A stretch of 63,448 bases of DNA from NCBI GenBank assembly GCA_002279705.1, contig NCCO01000026.1, positions 1 through 63,448 of the forward strand, written 5' to 3'. The stretch comes from Bosea sp. 12-68-7 (GTDB taxonomy: Bacteria > Pseudomonadota > Alphaproteobacteria > Rhizobiales > Beijerinckiaceae). A model generated the notes under the pieces. The model saw only the letters and a list, made by a program, of their open reading frames with translations. It was not told the origin of the DNA and did no database searches. The translations under genes were made by a program, and so were the position numbers. Positions 29,762 to 38,294 of the stretch are shown here, in pieces (the first letter of the stretch is position 1; each line of letters opens with the position of its first letter).

Positions 29762-30841
29762 GTGACGCAGAGCGAGATCATCGAGGCCCTGCTGGCCTTC
29801 ATCGAGCAGGACGACGCGTCCGAGGCGGCGTTCGAACGCCTGGCGCTGGCCGTCTTCGCCCATCAGTTCGCCCATAACGCGCCCTATCGGCGCTTCGCGA
29901 TCCAGCGCGGGCGCACGACCCTCACCGTCCGCAGCTGGCGCGACATTCCGGCGGTGCCGATCAGCGCCTTCAAGACGCTGACGCTGAGCTGCACCCCGCC
30001 GGACGCCGCCGAGCGCATCTTCATGACCAGCGGCACGACCCAGGGCGGGGTGCGGGGCAAGAGCCACCATCCGACGATGGCGGTCTGGAGCCGCTCCATG
30101 TTGGTCAATTTCCGCCGGCGCTTCATGGCCGGGCGGGAGCGCATGGCCATGGGCATCCTCTTCCCCGACGAGGTGGCGATGCCGAACTCCTCGCTGGCGC
30201 ATTACCTCGCTCTGGCGAAGCGGGACTGCGGCACGGCCGACAGCGAAGGCTTCATCGGCGCGGCCGGGCTCGACCTGCCGCGGCTGAGCGCGGCACTGGA
30301 GCGGGCGCAGGACTCGGGCGAGCCCTATGCGCTGCTCGGTGCCAGCTTCAGCTTCGTGCATCTGCTCGACGCGCTGGCGGCGCAGGGGCGGCGCTTTGCG
30401 CTGCCCCAAGGCAGCCGCATCCTCGACACCGGCGGCTTCAAGGGCCAGTCGCGCGAGATGACGCCGGATGCCTTCTATGACGCGCTATCGGCGGCGCTCG
30501 GCGTGCCGCGCGAGGCCTGCATCAACATGTACGGCATGACCGAGCTCAGCACGCAGTTCTACGATGACGGCAATGCGGTCTGCCCGCCGGTGAAGTCCGG
30601 CCCGCACTGGATCCGCAGCCGCGTGGTCGATCCGGTGAGCGGGCGCGACCTGCCGGAGGGGGCGACCGGCGTGCTGGTCCATCACGACCTCGCCCATTTC
30701 AACTGTGCCTCCGCGATCCTCACGGAGGATGCCGGCGTGATGGTCGAGGGCGGTTTCCGGCTGCTCGGCCGCGTCGACGGCGCCGATTCCAAGGGTTGTT
30801 CGCTGGCGGTCGAGGAATTCCTGCGGGCGGCGCGGGGCTGA
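29762..30841 (+). CDS. LuxE-like acyl-protein synthetase (adenylate-forming)
   Basis: IPAVPISAFK; FMTSGTT P-loop; DTGGFKG; NMYGMTEL; ILTED; C-terminal LGRV...KGCS with the acylation Cys. Confidence 0.9.
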   Translation: MTQSEIIEALLAFIEQDDASEAAFERLALAVFAHQFAHNAPYRRFAIQRGRTTLTVRSWRDIPAVPISAFKTLTLSCTPPDAAERIFMTSGTTQGGVRGKSHHPTMAVWSRSMLVNFRRRFMAGRERMAMGILFPDEVAMPNSSLAHYLALAKRDCGTADSEGFIGAAGLDLPRLSAALERAQDSGEPYALLGASFSFVHLLDALAAQGRRFALPQGSRILDTGGFKGQSREMTPDAFYDALSAALGVPREACINMYGMTELSTQFYDDGNAVCPPVKSGPHWIRSRVVDPVSGRDLPEGATGVLVHHDLAHFNCASAILTEDAGVMVEGGFRLLGRVDGADSKGCSLAVEEFLRAARG

Positions 30842-30845
30842 GGCG

Positions 30846-32297
30846 GTGATCGAGACCGCGGGGCATCTGCCGGGGCTGCCGGCCGGCGAGGTCGCCTGGC
30901 GGACGCTGGAGTTCAGCGCCTGGGGCGAGCACGTGCAGGTGCGGGTGCCGGAGCTGACCACGGCGCAGGCCGGCGCGCTCGCCGGCCATGTCCGCGAGAA
31001 TGCGCGCAGCTATCTCCGGACGCTGCCGGTCTGCCAGATCGTGACCACGCTGGACGCCGCCATCGCCCGGCTGCTCGACCGGGACGATCCCTGGCGGCGT
31101 CGGGCGGAAGCCGTGCTGCCGATCGTCACCGGCTATGACCGCGAGAGCGTTCGGCTTGGGCTCTCGGGCTCTCTGCGCAGCTTCCGCGCGCCGCAGCTGC
31201 AGCGCTTCCTCGCCGAGGACTTCGCCAATCCGGCCGTGCTCGACGGTTTCCAGCCGGCGATGAAGGGCGGCTTCACGCGCGCTCAGGGCCCGCAGCTCCT
31301 GCTCCATATCTGGGCGGGGAACGTGCCGGGGCTGTCGCTCTGGAGCCTGATCTGCGGGCTCCTGGTCAAGGCCGGCACGGTCGGCAAGGTCGCGAGCGCC
31401 GAGCCGCTGCTGGCGGGGTGGTTCGCGCAGATCCTCGCCGAGATCGACCCGCGGCTCGGCGAATGCCTGGCGGTGGTCTGGTGGCAGGGTGGCGATGCCG
31501 AGGCGGAACGTGCCTGGCTGGACGAGGCCGATACGATCGTCGCCTATGGCGGCAATGACGCGCTGGCGGCGATCCGCGCGCGGGTGCCGGTGACGGCGCG
31601 CTTCCTCCCGCATGGGCACAGGATCGGCTTCGGGCTGATTGGCGCCGAGGCGCTCGATACGCGCCGGGCCGGGCCGCTGGCGCGGCTCGTGGCGCAGGAC
31701 GTGGCGCGCTGGGAGCAGCAGGGCTGCTACTCGCCGCAGATGCTGTTCGTCGCGCGGGGCGGGGCGGTCTCGCCGCGCGAATTCGCCGAGCGCGTCTCGC
31801 AGGAGCTCGGCGCGCTCGGCCTCCGCCATCCACGCCGCGCGCTCTCGGTGGCAGAGGCGGCCGGCCTCGCCGCCTGGCGCAGCCGCGAGGAGATGCGCGG
31901 CTTCGACGAGGACGGGACCGTGGTTCTGGGCGAGGCCGGAGACGGCTGGAGCGTGGTCTGCAGCGAGGTGGCCAGGCCGCTCGCGCCGAGCGCGCTCAAC
32001 CGCACGCTCAAGATCGTCGCCGTCGACAGCCCCGATGCGGTGCCGCCGCTGGTGTCGTCCGCTCGCGCCTATCTGCAGACGGCTGCGGTTGCGGCCTCGC
32101 CGCGCGAGCTGTTCCGCATCGCGGCGCTGCTGGGGGAAGCGGGCGTCACCCGAATCTGCGGCTTCGGGGCGATGGCGGCGCCCGAGGCCGGCTGGCACAA
32201 TGACGGGCGCTTCAACCTGCTCGACCTGGTCAGGCTGACCGAGATCGAGCAGTCAGCCGAACGCGCCGCCGACGGCTTCGCTGACTATGTCGACTGA
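30846..32297 (+). CDS. LuxC-like acyl-CoA/acyl-protein reductase (ALDH fold)
   Basis: LHIWAGNVPG; GKVASAEP; VAYGGNDA; HGHRIGF; EQQGCYSPQ catalytic Cys; GWHNDGR; GAGG RBS. Confidence 0.9.
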   Translation: MIETAGHLPGLPAGEVAWRTLEFSAWGEHVQVRVPELTTAQAGALAGHVRENARSYLRTLPVCQIVTTLDAAIARLLDRDDPWRRRAEAVLPIVTGYDRESVRLGLSGSLRSFRAPQLQRFLAEDFANPAVLDGFQPAMKGGFTRAQGPQLLLHIWAGNVPGLSLWSLICGLLVKAGTVGKVASAEPLLAGWFAQILAEIDPRLGECLAVVWWQGGDAEAERAWLDEADTIVAYGGNDALAAIRARVPVTARFLPHGHRIGFGLIGAEALDTRRAGPLARLVAQDVARWEQQGCYSPQMLFVARGGAVSPREFAERVSQELGALGLRHPRRALSVAEAAGLAAWRSREEMRGFDEDGTVVLGEAGDGWSVVCSEVARPLAPSALNRTLKIVAVDSPDAVPPLVSSARAYLQTAAVAASPRELFRIAALLGEAGVTRICGFGAMAAPEAGWHNDGRFNLLDLVRLTEIEQSAERAADGFADYVD

Positions 32298-33048
32298 AGC
32301 TCCCCCGGACGCCTTCGTCGCCATCGAGGCGGTCGATTTCGGCTATGGCGCCGAGGCCATCGTCGACGCTGTCGACTGGGCGATCCCGCGCGGGGCGTTC
32401 CATTGCCTGGTCGGGCGCAGCGGCAGCGGCAAGACGACTTTGCTCAAGCTGGCGGCGGGGCTGCTGGCGCCCCAGCGGGGCCTGGTGCGGATCGATGGCG
32501 TGCCGCTCGACGGGCCGGGGCCGCGGATCGGCTTCGTCTTCCAGCAGCCGACGCTGCTCGACTGGCTCAGCGTTCTCGACAACGTCCTGCTGCCGCTCTC
32601 GCTGAAGCGCAGCCTGCAGGAGGCGGATCGCGAGACGGCGCGCGCGTTGCTCGAGCGGGTGGGCCTGTCGGCGTTCGCGGCGCGGCATCCCGCCCAGCTC
32701 TCGGGCGGGCAGCAGAGCCGGGTCGCGGTGGCGCGGGCGCTGATCACGCAGCCGGCCCTGCTGCTGCTGGACGAGCCCTTCGCGGCGCTCGACGCGCTGA
32801 CGCGCGAGGAGCTCCAGGACGATCTGGCGGCGCTCTGGGCGCTGCAGGCGACGACGGTGCTCTTCGTCACCCACGACATCGGCGAGGCGGTCTATCTCGC
32901 CGACCGGGTCGCGATCATGGCCGGCGGAAAGCTGCACCACGACCTCGCCATCGACCTGCCGCGGCCGCGTTCGCGCGCGATGCGCTATGGTCCCGCCTTC
33001 AACGCGCTCTGCCGCGAGCTGCGTCAGGCGATGGATGCCGCGCCATGA
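32287..33048 (+). CDS. ABC transporter ATP-binding protein (SsuB/TauB/ThiZ type)
   Basis: GRSGSGKTT; LSGGQQSR; LLLDEPFAALD; VTHD. Confidence 0.95.
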   Translation: MSTEAPPDAFVAIEAVDFGYGAEAIVDAVDWAIPRGAFHCLVGRSGSGKTTLLKLAAGLLAPQRGLVRIDGVPLDGPGPRIGFVFQQPTLLDWLSVLDNVLLPLSLKRSLQEADRETARALLERVGLSAFAARHPAQLSGGQQSRVAVARALITQPALLLLDEPFAALDALTREELQDDLAALWALQATTVLFVTHDIGEAVYLADRVAIMAGGKLHHDLAIDLPRPRSRAMRYGPAFNALCRELRQAMDAAP

Positions 33049-33733
33049 GGGAACGGCTGGCCTCGGCGCTCCTGCTCGTCGCTTTGCTCGCCGGCTGGGA
33101 GGCGTGGTGCCGTCTCGGCCGGGTCCCGGCCCTGATCGTGCCGGCGCCGTCTTCGGTCTTCGCGACGCTGTGGGGCGAAATCGCCAGCGGGCGCCTGCTG
33201 CCGCATCTCGCGGTGACCGCGACCGAAATGACGCTCGGGCTGGCGCTGGGCTGCGCGGTCGGGCTGGCGACCGGCGTCCTGCTGGCGGAGGCCCCCGTGC
33301 TGCGCCGGCTGCTCCATCCCTACATCGTCGCGAGCCAGGTCGTGCCGAAGCTCGCGCTCGGTCCGCTGTTCATCATCTGGTTCGGCTTCGGCCTGACGCC
33401 GACCATCGTGATCACGGCGTTGATCTGCTTCTTCCCGCTGATGGAAAACACGCTGACCGGCCTGTCGCAGGTCGATTCCGGACGGCGCGAGCTGTTTCGC
33501 ATGCTGGGAGCCAGCCGCCTGCAGACGCTGCTGCGGCTGAAGTTGCCCGGTGCGCTTCCGGTGATCCTCGCGGGGTTCCGGGTCGCAGTCGTGCTGGCGC
33601 TGGTCGGCGCTGTCGTCGGCGAGTTCATCGGCGGCCGGGCGGGGCTCGGCGCCTCGATCATCGCTGCCCAGAGTGTGATGGATTCGAGCCTGATGTTCGG
33701 CGGCTGCTGCTGCGCCACCATCTGAAAGGGTAA
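33045..33733 (+). CDS. ABC transporter permease (SsuC/ThiX type); apparent deletion/frameshift near 33699
   Basis: VPAPSSV; SQVVPKLALGPLFIIWFGFG; LVGAVVGEF; after DSSLMF the last TM helix is missing and the tail RLLLRHHLKG* is in another frame. Confidence 0.85.
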
Positions 33734-33738
33734 GTCCG

Positions 33739-34845
33739 ATGTTCGCGACCAATTGGTCCCATTTCGTGAGTCTCGTCCCAAAGGGGTTCGTCATCCCGGC
33801 CGGAGCGCAGCGGAGCGCCGGGATCCATCGGAGAACTCCGGAGCCCTCCGATGGAGCCCGGGGCAAGCCCGGGATGACGGGTAGGGTGGTGGCGGCCGTT
33901 GCGGCAAGCCTGTTGGCGATGTCGATCGCCCACGCCAAGCCGCTCGACAAGGTCACGGTCGCGGGCTGGAGCCAGCCGATCAGCGAGATCACCAACCTGC
34001 TGGCCGAGCCGGACAAGGGTTTCTTCAAGGCGAAGGGGATCGATCTCGGCTATGTGCCCGGTACCGGCGGCGGCTCGGCGATCCAGAATATGCTGACGGG
34101 TCAGGCCGACATCGCCTTCACCGACCCGGCGGCGCTCTATCTCGCGCTCGACAAGGGCGAGAAGCTGGTCGCGATCTATAACATCTATCCGCAAAACGTC
34201 TTCAACGTGGTCGCGCCCAAGACCAAGGGTATTCGTACGGCGGCCGACCTGAAGGGCAAGCGCATCGGCGTCTATTCGCTCTCGAGCGGCACGCGGCAGA
34301 ACCTGCAGGTGCTGCTGCACCAGGTCGGGTTGACCGAGAAGGACGTCAAGGTCGAGGTCACCGGCCTGCTCAACTTCGCGCCGCTGATCCAGGGGCAGGT
34401 CGACGCCACGGCCGCGACCGACACCGGCCTGCTGGTCGCGAAAATGAAGGGCCTGCCGGAGGTCGACGTCATCGAGGTCAAGGAGCATCTCAACCTGCCC
34501 AGCGACATCTTCGTGGTGACGCAGGCGACCTATGAGGCCAAGAAGCCGCTGCTGAAGCGCTTCCTCGCCGCCTATCGCGACAGCGCCGCCTGGATGATCG
34601 CGAGCCCTGAGGAGGCGGCGAAGCTCGCGGTGACGCGCGCGATCAATGGCCGCGACGAGGCGCTCAATCTCGAGATCATCAAGCTGCGCAACATCTCGAC
34701 GGTGTCGCCGACGACGCAGGCCAAGGGCCTCGGCCATTTCGATCCGGAGCTGCTGCAGAAGGGCGCCGACACCTTCCACCGGCTCGGGCTGATCGGGAAG
34801 CCGATCGACATGGGCGCGGTGGTGAAGACGGATCTGATCCCGTGA
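33739..34845 (+). CDS. ABC substrate-binding protein, NMT1/THI5 (ThiY/SsuA-like)
   Basis: Signal peptide ending IAHA; KGFFKAKGID; ADLKGKRIGV; GQVDA; AAAGGG RBS before ATG 33739 (alternative ATG 33874). Confidence 0.9.
   Translation: MFATNWSHFVSLVPKGFVIPAGAQRSAGIHRRTPEPSDGARGKPGMTGRVVAAVAASLLAMSIAHAKPLDKVTVAGWSQPISEITNLLAEPDKGFFKAKGIDLGYVPGTGGGSAIQNMLTGQADIAFTDPAALYLALDKGEKLVAIYNIYPQNVFNVVAPKTKGIRTAADLKGKRIGVYSLSSGTRQNLQVLLHQVGLTEKDVKVEVTGLLNFAPLIQGQVDATAATDTGLLVAKMKGLPEVDVIEVKEHLNLPSDIFVVTQATYEAKKPLLKRFLAAYRDSAAWMIASPEEAAKLAVTRAINGRDEALNLEIIKLRNISTVSPTTQAKGLGHFDPELLQKGADTFHRLGLIGKPIDMGAVVKTDLIP
33789..33879. repeat. Palindromic repeat, type B, inside the 5' end of the SBP ORF
   Basis: 11-bp terminal inverted repeat CGTCATCCCGG/CCGGGATGACG with internal hairpins. 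Confidence 0.85.
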
Positions 34846-34871
34846 GGGCTCTATCTCCCCTTAAACGCGTC

Positions 34872-34964
34872 GTCGTCCCGGGCGGAGCGCAGCGCAGACC
34901 CGGGACCCATTCCGGAACGCTTCAGGCATGGATCCCGGGTCTCCCTTCGGTCGCCCGGGATGAC
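34872..34964. repeat. Palindromic intergenic repeat, type B
   Basis: GTCGTCCCGGGCGGAGCGCAGCGCAGACCCGGGACCCAT...ATGGATCCCGGGTCTCCCTTCGGTCGCCCGGGATGAC. Confidence 0.85.
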
Positions 34965-35011
34965 TTGGTGGTTCTCGCGCGAGCCTTTCGAACGCTGGGC
35001 AGACAGACATC

Positions 35012-35779
35012 ATGACCTTCCACGACAGGGTGATCCTCGTCACCGGGGCGAGCCGGGGGATTGGCGCGGCCATCGCCAAAGCGTTCGCGGCGGAGGGCGG
35101 GCTCGTCTTCGTCAACTACCGCAGCAGCGAGGCTGCGGCGCTGGCCGTGGTCGAGGCCTGCCGGGCGGCGGGCGGGCAGGCGGTGGCGATCGCCGCCGAC
35201 GTCACCGATCCGGAGGCGGTCGCGGCGATGCTGGCGCGGATCGCGGAGGAGGCGGGCCGGCTCGATGCCGTCGTCAACAATGCGTTTGCGCCCTATGTCT
35301 TCGACCCCGACCGTCGCGCCCGCTTCTGGGAGACGCCGTGGGCTTCCTATCAGGCGCAGGTCGATGGCGCGCTGAAGGCGACCTACAATGTCTGCCAGGC
35401 GGCGCTACCGCTGATGCGCCGGCGCGGGCGCGGCGCCATCGTCAACATGGCCACCGATCTCGTGGCGCGGCCGAGCCTCGCCTATCACGACTACACCACC
35501 GCGAAGGCGGCGCTGATCGGCTTCAGCCGCACCCTCGCGACCGAGCTCGGGCCGCTCGGCCTCCGGGTCAACTGCGTCGCGCCGGGGCTGGTCTGGCCGA
35601 CCGATGCGAGCGCGCGGACGCCCGAGGCGGTCAGGGAGATGCTGATCGCCCAGACGCCGCTGGGGCGGATCGCGACGCCTGAGGACGTGACCGGGCCGGT
35701 GCTGTTTCTCGCCTCGGAGGCGAGCGGCTTCGTCACCGGCCAAACGCTGCATGTCGATGGCGGGCTGGTGATGGCGTGA
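35012..35779 (+). CDS. SDR oxidoreductase (FabG-like, atypical)
   Basis: TGASRGIG; VVNNA; YTTAK catalytic motif; NCVAPGL. Confidence 0.93.
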   Translation: MTFHDRVILVTGASRGIGAAIAKAFAAEGGLVFVNYRSSEAAALAVVEACRAAGGQAVAIAADVTDPEAVAAMLARIAEEAGRLDAVVNNAFAPYVFDPDRRARFWETPWASYQAQVDGALKATYNVCQAALPLMRRRGRGAIVNMATDLVARPSLAYHDYTTAKAALIGFSRTLATELGPLGLRVNCVAPGLVWPTDASARTPEAVREMLIAQTPLGRIATPEDVTGPVLFLASEASGFVTGQTLHVDGGLVMA

Positions 35780-35839
35780 GGGCGCGCCAATCCGGGGCAG
35801 GCCGAAGACCTGAGGCACGACGGATATGTGCTTGCCCGG

Positions 35840-38194
35840 CTAATTTCTTGCCGCCTTCGCATCCCGGATCGCGCGCCAGACCCTCCCCGGCGTCGCCGGC
35901 ATGTCGAGATGGGTCACGCCGAGCGGGCGCAGCGCGTCGAGAATCGCGTGGATCACCGTCTGCGGCGCGCCGATGCAGCCGGCCTGGCCGGCACCCTTGA
36001 CGCCGAGCGGGTTGGCACGCGTCGCCACCTCGACCATCGCGAGATCGAAGGCGGGCAGATCGGCGGCGCGCGGCACGGCATAGTCCATGAAGGTCGCGCT
36101 CAGGAGCTGGCCGGAGCCGGCATCGTAGAGCGCCTCCTCCATCAGCGCCTGGCCGATTCCCTGCGCCAGACCGCCATGGACCTGCGCCTCCGCCAGCAGC
36201 GGGTTGATCAGCGTCCCGTAATCGTCGACCGCGACATAGCGTTCGATCGTGACGGCGCCGGTGTCCGGATCGATCTCGACCTCCGCCACCTGCGCGCCGT
36301 TGGGAAAGGTGAAGACGTCACAGCGGTTGTCGCCATGGCCTTCCAGCAGCGCTCCGGTGCTTTCTGCGAGATGGGTGGCGATGGCGAAGAGATCGACCTC
36401 GCGCGGCAGGCCGTCCGCGGCGAGCTCCGTGTTGAAGCGGCCTTCCGCGAAGGAGAGGCTGTCGGCCGCGACCTGCAGCAGCTGCGCGGCGAGTGGCTTG
36501 GCCCTCGCGACCAGGTCGTCCGCCGCCATCAGCAGCGCCGTGCCGCCGAGATGGAGCGAGCGCGCGCCGCCATGGCCGCCGCCGCGCGGGACGGACGCGG
36601 TGTCCCCCTGGACCAGCGTGAATCGCTCGACCGGCATGCCGAGCCGGGCGGCCGCGAGCTGGGCGAAGCTGGTCTCATGGCCCTGCCCGTTGGAGTGGGT
36701 TCCCACCGCCATGGCGATCTGGCCGTCCGCACCGACCCGCAGCCAGGCCTCCTCGTCGGGGCGGCCGCGCGAGGTTTCGAGGAAGCAGCCGATGCCGAAG
36801 CCGCGCAGCTTCCCGCGCCGGGTCGAGGCGCGCCGACGCGCCGCGAAGCCCGCGCGGTCGGCCGCCGCCAGCGCCCGCTCGAGGTTCTCCGGAAATGTGC
36901 CGCTGTCGATCACCATGCCGAAGGCGGGACGGCGGTAGGGGAAGCTGCGGATGAAATTGCGCCGGCGCAGTTCCGCCGGATCGATCCGCAGTTCGTGGGC
37001 GGCGGCTTCGATCAGCCGCTCGATCAGATAGTTCGCCTCGGGCTTGCCGGCGCCGCGATAGGCGTCGATCGGGGCGGTGTTGGTGAAGACGCCGCACACA
37101 GCCATCGCCATGGCGGGGATGTCGTAGAGCCCGCCCATCGCGGCAGAAGGGGCGTTGGTCGCGCTGCCGGGGCCGAGCGAGGAGACATAGGCGCCGAGAT
37201 TGGCGATGGTCTCGACATCGAGCGCGAGGAAGCGCCCGCGCCTGTCGAGCGCCAGCCGCGCGGTGCTGAGATTGTCGCGGGCATGGGCGCCGCTGGTGAA
37301 CTCCTCAATGCGCTCGGCGCTCCAGCGCACCGGCCAGCCGAGCCGCCATGCGGCCCAGAGCACCAGCGCATATTCGGGGTAGGTGACGTTCTTCATGCCG
37401 AAGCCGCCGCCGACATCGGGCGTCGAGACACGAATGCGGTCGAGCGGCAGGCCGAAGACGCCCTGCGCGAGTTCGCGGCGGATGTCGTGGACCGAGGCAC
37501 CGCTGATCTCGAGATGGTAGCGGTCGGCGCCGGCCTCGTAACGGCCGATCGCGATGCGCGGTTCGAGGGCCGCGGCGACGATGCGGTTGTTGACCAGATC
37601 GCAGCTGACGACATGGGCGGCTTTCGCGAAGGCGCGCTCGACGGCGGCGGGATCGCCGCGGCGGAAGCGGAAGGCGATGTTGCCCGGCGCCTGCGGCCAG
37701 AGCTGCGGCGCCTCCTGGTCGGTCGCGCCGCGCAGATCGGTGACCGCCGGCAGGATGTCGTAATCGACCGCAATGTGCTCGCAGGCCTCGCGGGCCAGCG
37801 CCTCGGTGTCGGCGACGACGAAGGCGACGGGTTCGCCGACATGGCGGACATGGTCGCGCGCCAGCGGCCAGCGCGGCGGGACGATCAGCGGCTCGACGGT
37901 GGCGACGACGATCGAGGTCGGCAGCGGACCGAGGCCATCGAGATCCGCGGCGGTGTAGACGCCGTGCACGCCGGGCAGGCTCGCCGCCGCGGCGACGTCG
38001 ATCGCGCGGATGCGGGCATGGGCATGGGGTGAGCGGAGCATGACGGCGGCGAGTTCGCCGTCCGGGGCGCGATCGCCGAGATAATCGGCGCGCCCGGTGA
38101 GGAAGCGCGCGTCCTCCCGCCGCCGCAGCGAGCGCGGGTCGTCGGGCGGGGCAAGAGGGGACGATCCGGACCGGCCGCTCGCGCTGTCGTTCAT
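35840..38194 (-). CDS. Xanthine dehydrogenase-family molybdopterin-binding large subunit (CoxL/CutL-like)
   Basis: RREDARFLTGRADY; VGGGFGMK; AYRGAGKPE; GQGHET; QVHGGLAQGIG; NPLGVKGAG. Confidence 0.92.
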   Translation of the reverse strand: MNDSASGRSGSSPLAPPDDPRSLRRREDARFLTGRADYLGDRAPDGELAAVMLRSPHAHARIRAIDVAAAASLPGVHGVYTAADLDGLGPLPTSIVVATVEPLIVPPRWPLARDHVRHVGEPVAFVVADTEALAREACEHIAVDYDILPAVTDLRGATDQEAPQLWPQAPGNIAFRFRRGDPAAVERAFAKAAHVVSCDLVNNRIVAAALEPRIAIGRYEAGADRYHLEISGASVHDIRRELAQGVFGLPLDRIRVSTPDVGGGFGMKNVTYPEYALVLWAAWRLGWPVRWSAERIEEFTSGAHARDNLSTARLALDRRGRFLALDVETIANLGAYVSSLGPGSATNAPSAAMGGLYDIPAMAMAVCGVFTNTAPIDAYRGAGKPEANYLIERLIEAAAHELRIDPAELRRRNFIRSFPYRRPAFGMVIDSGTFPENLERALAAADRAGFAARRRASTRRGKLRGFGIGCFLETSRGRPDEEAWLRVGADGQIAMAVGTHSNGQGHETSFAQLAAARLGMPVERFTLVQGDTASVPRGGGHGGARSLHLGGTALLMAADDLVARAKPLAAQLLQVAADSLSFAEGRFNTELAADGLPREVDLFAIATHLAESTGALLEGHGDNRCDVFTFPNGAQVAEVEIDPDTGAVTIERYVAVDDYGTLINPLLAEAQVHGGLAQGIGQALMEEALYDAGSGQLLSATFMDYAVPRAADLPAFDLAMVEVATRANPLGVKGAGQAGCIGAPQTVIHAILDALRPLGVTHLDMPATPGRVWRAIRDAKAARN

Positions 38195-38294
38195 CGTCGG
38201 ATCGCCTTCGTCCCGGGAGCGCGGTGCCGCCTGTAGAGGCCGTTACAAGACGGATGCTGTGGGCCCCGATCCCGCGGCCGGACGGGCGATGTCG

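Noticed and set aside
29762-32297. Bioluminescence (lux) operon
   Set aside because: Only LuxE- and LuxC-like genes are present; no luxA, luxB, luxD or luxG in the window, and the context is a TPP riboswitch plus an ABC importer
35840-38194. True (form I) CO dehydrogenase
   Set aside because: Active-site loop is AYRGAG rather than AYxCSFR, and there are no coxM/S or accessory genes
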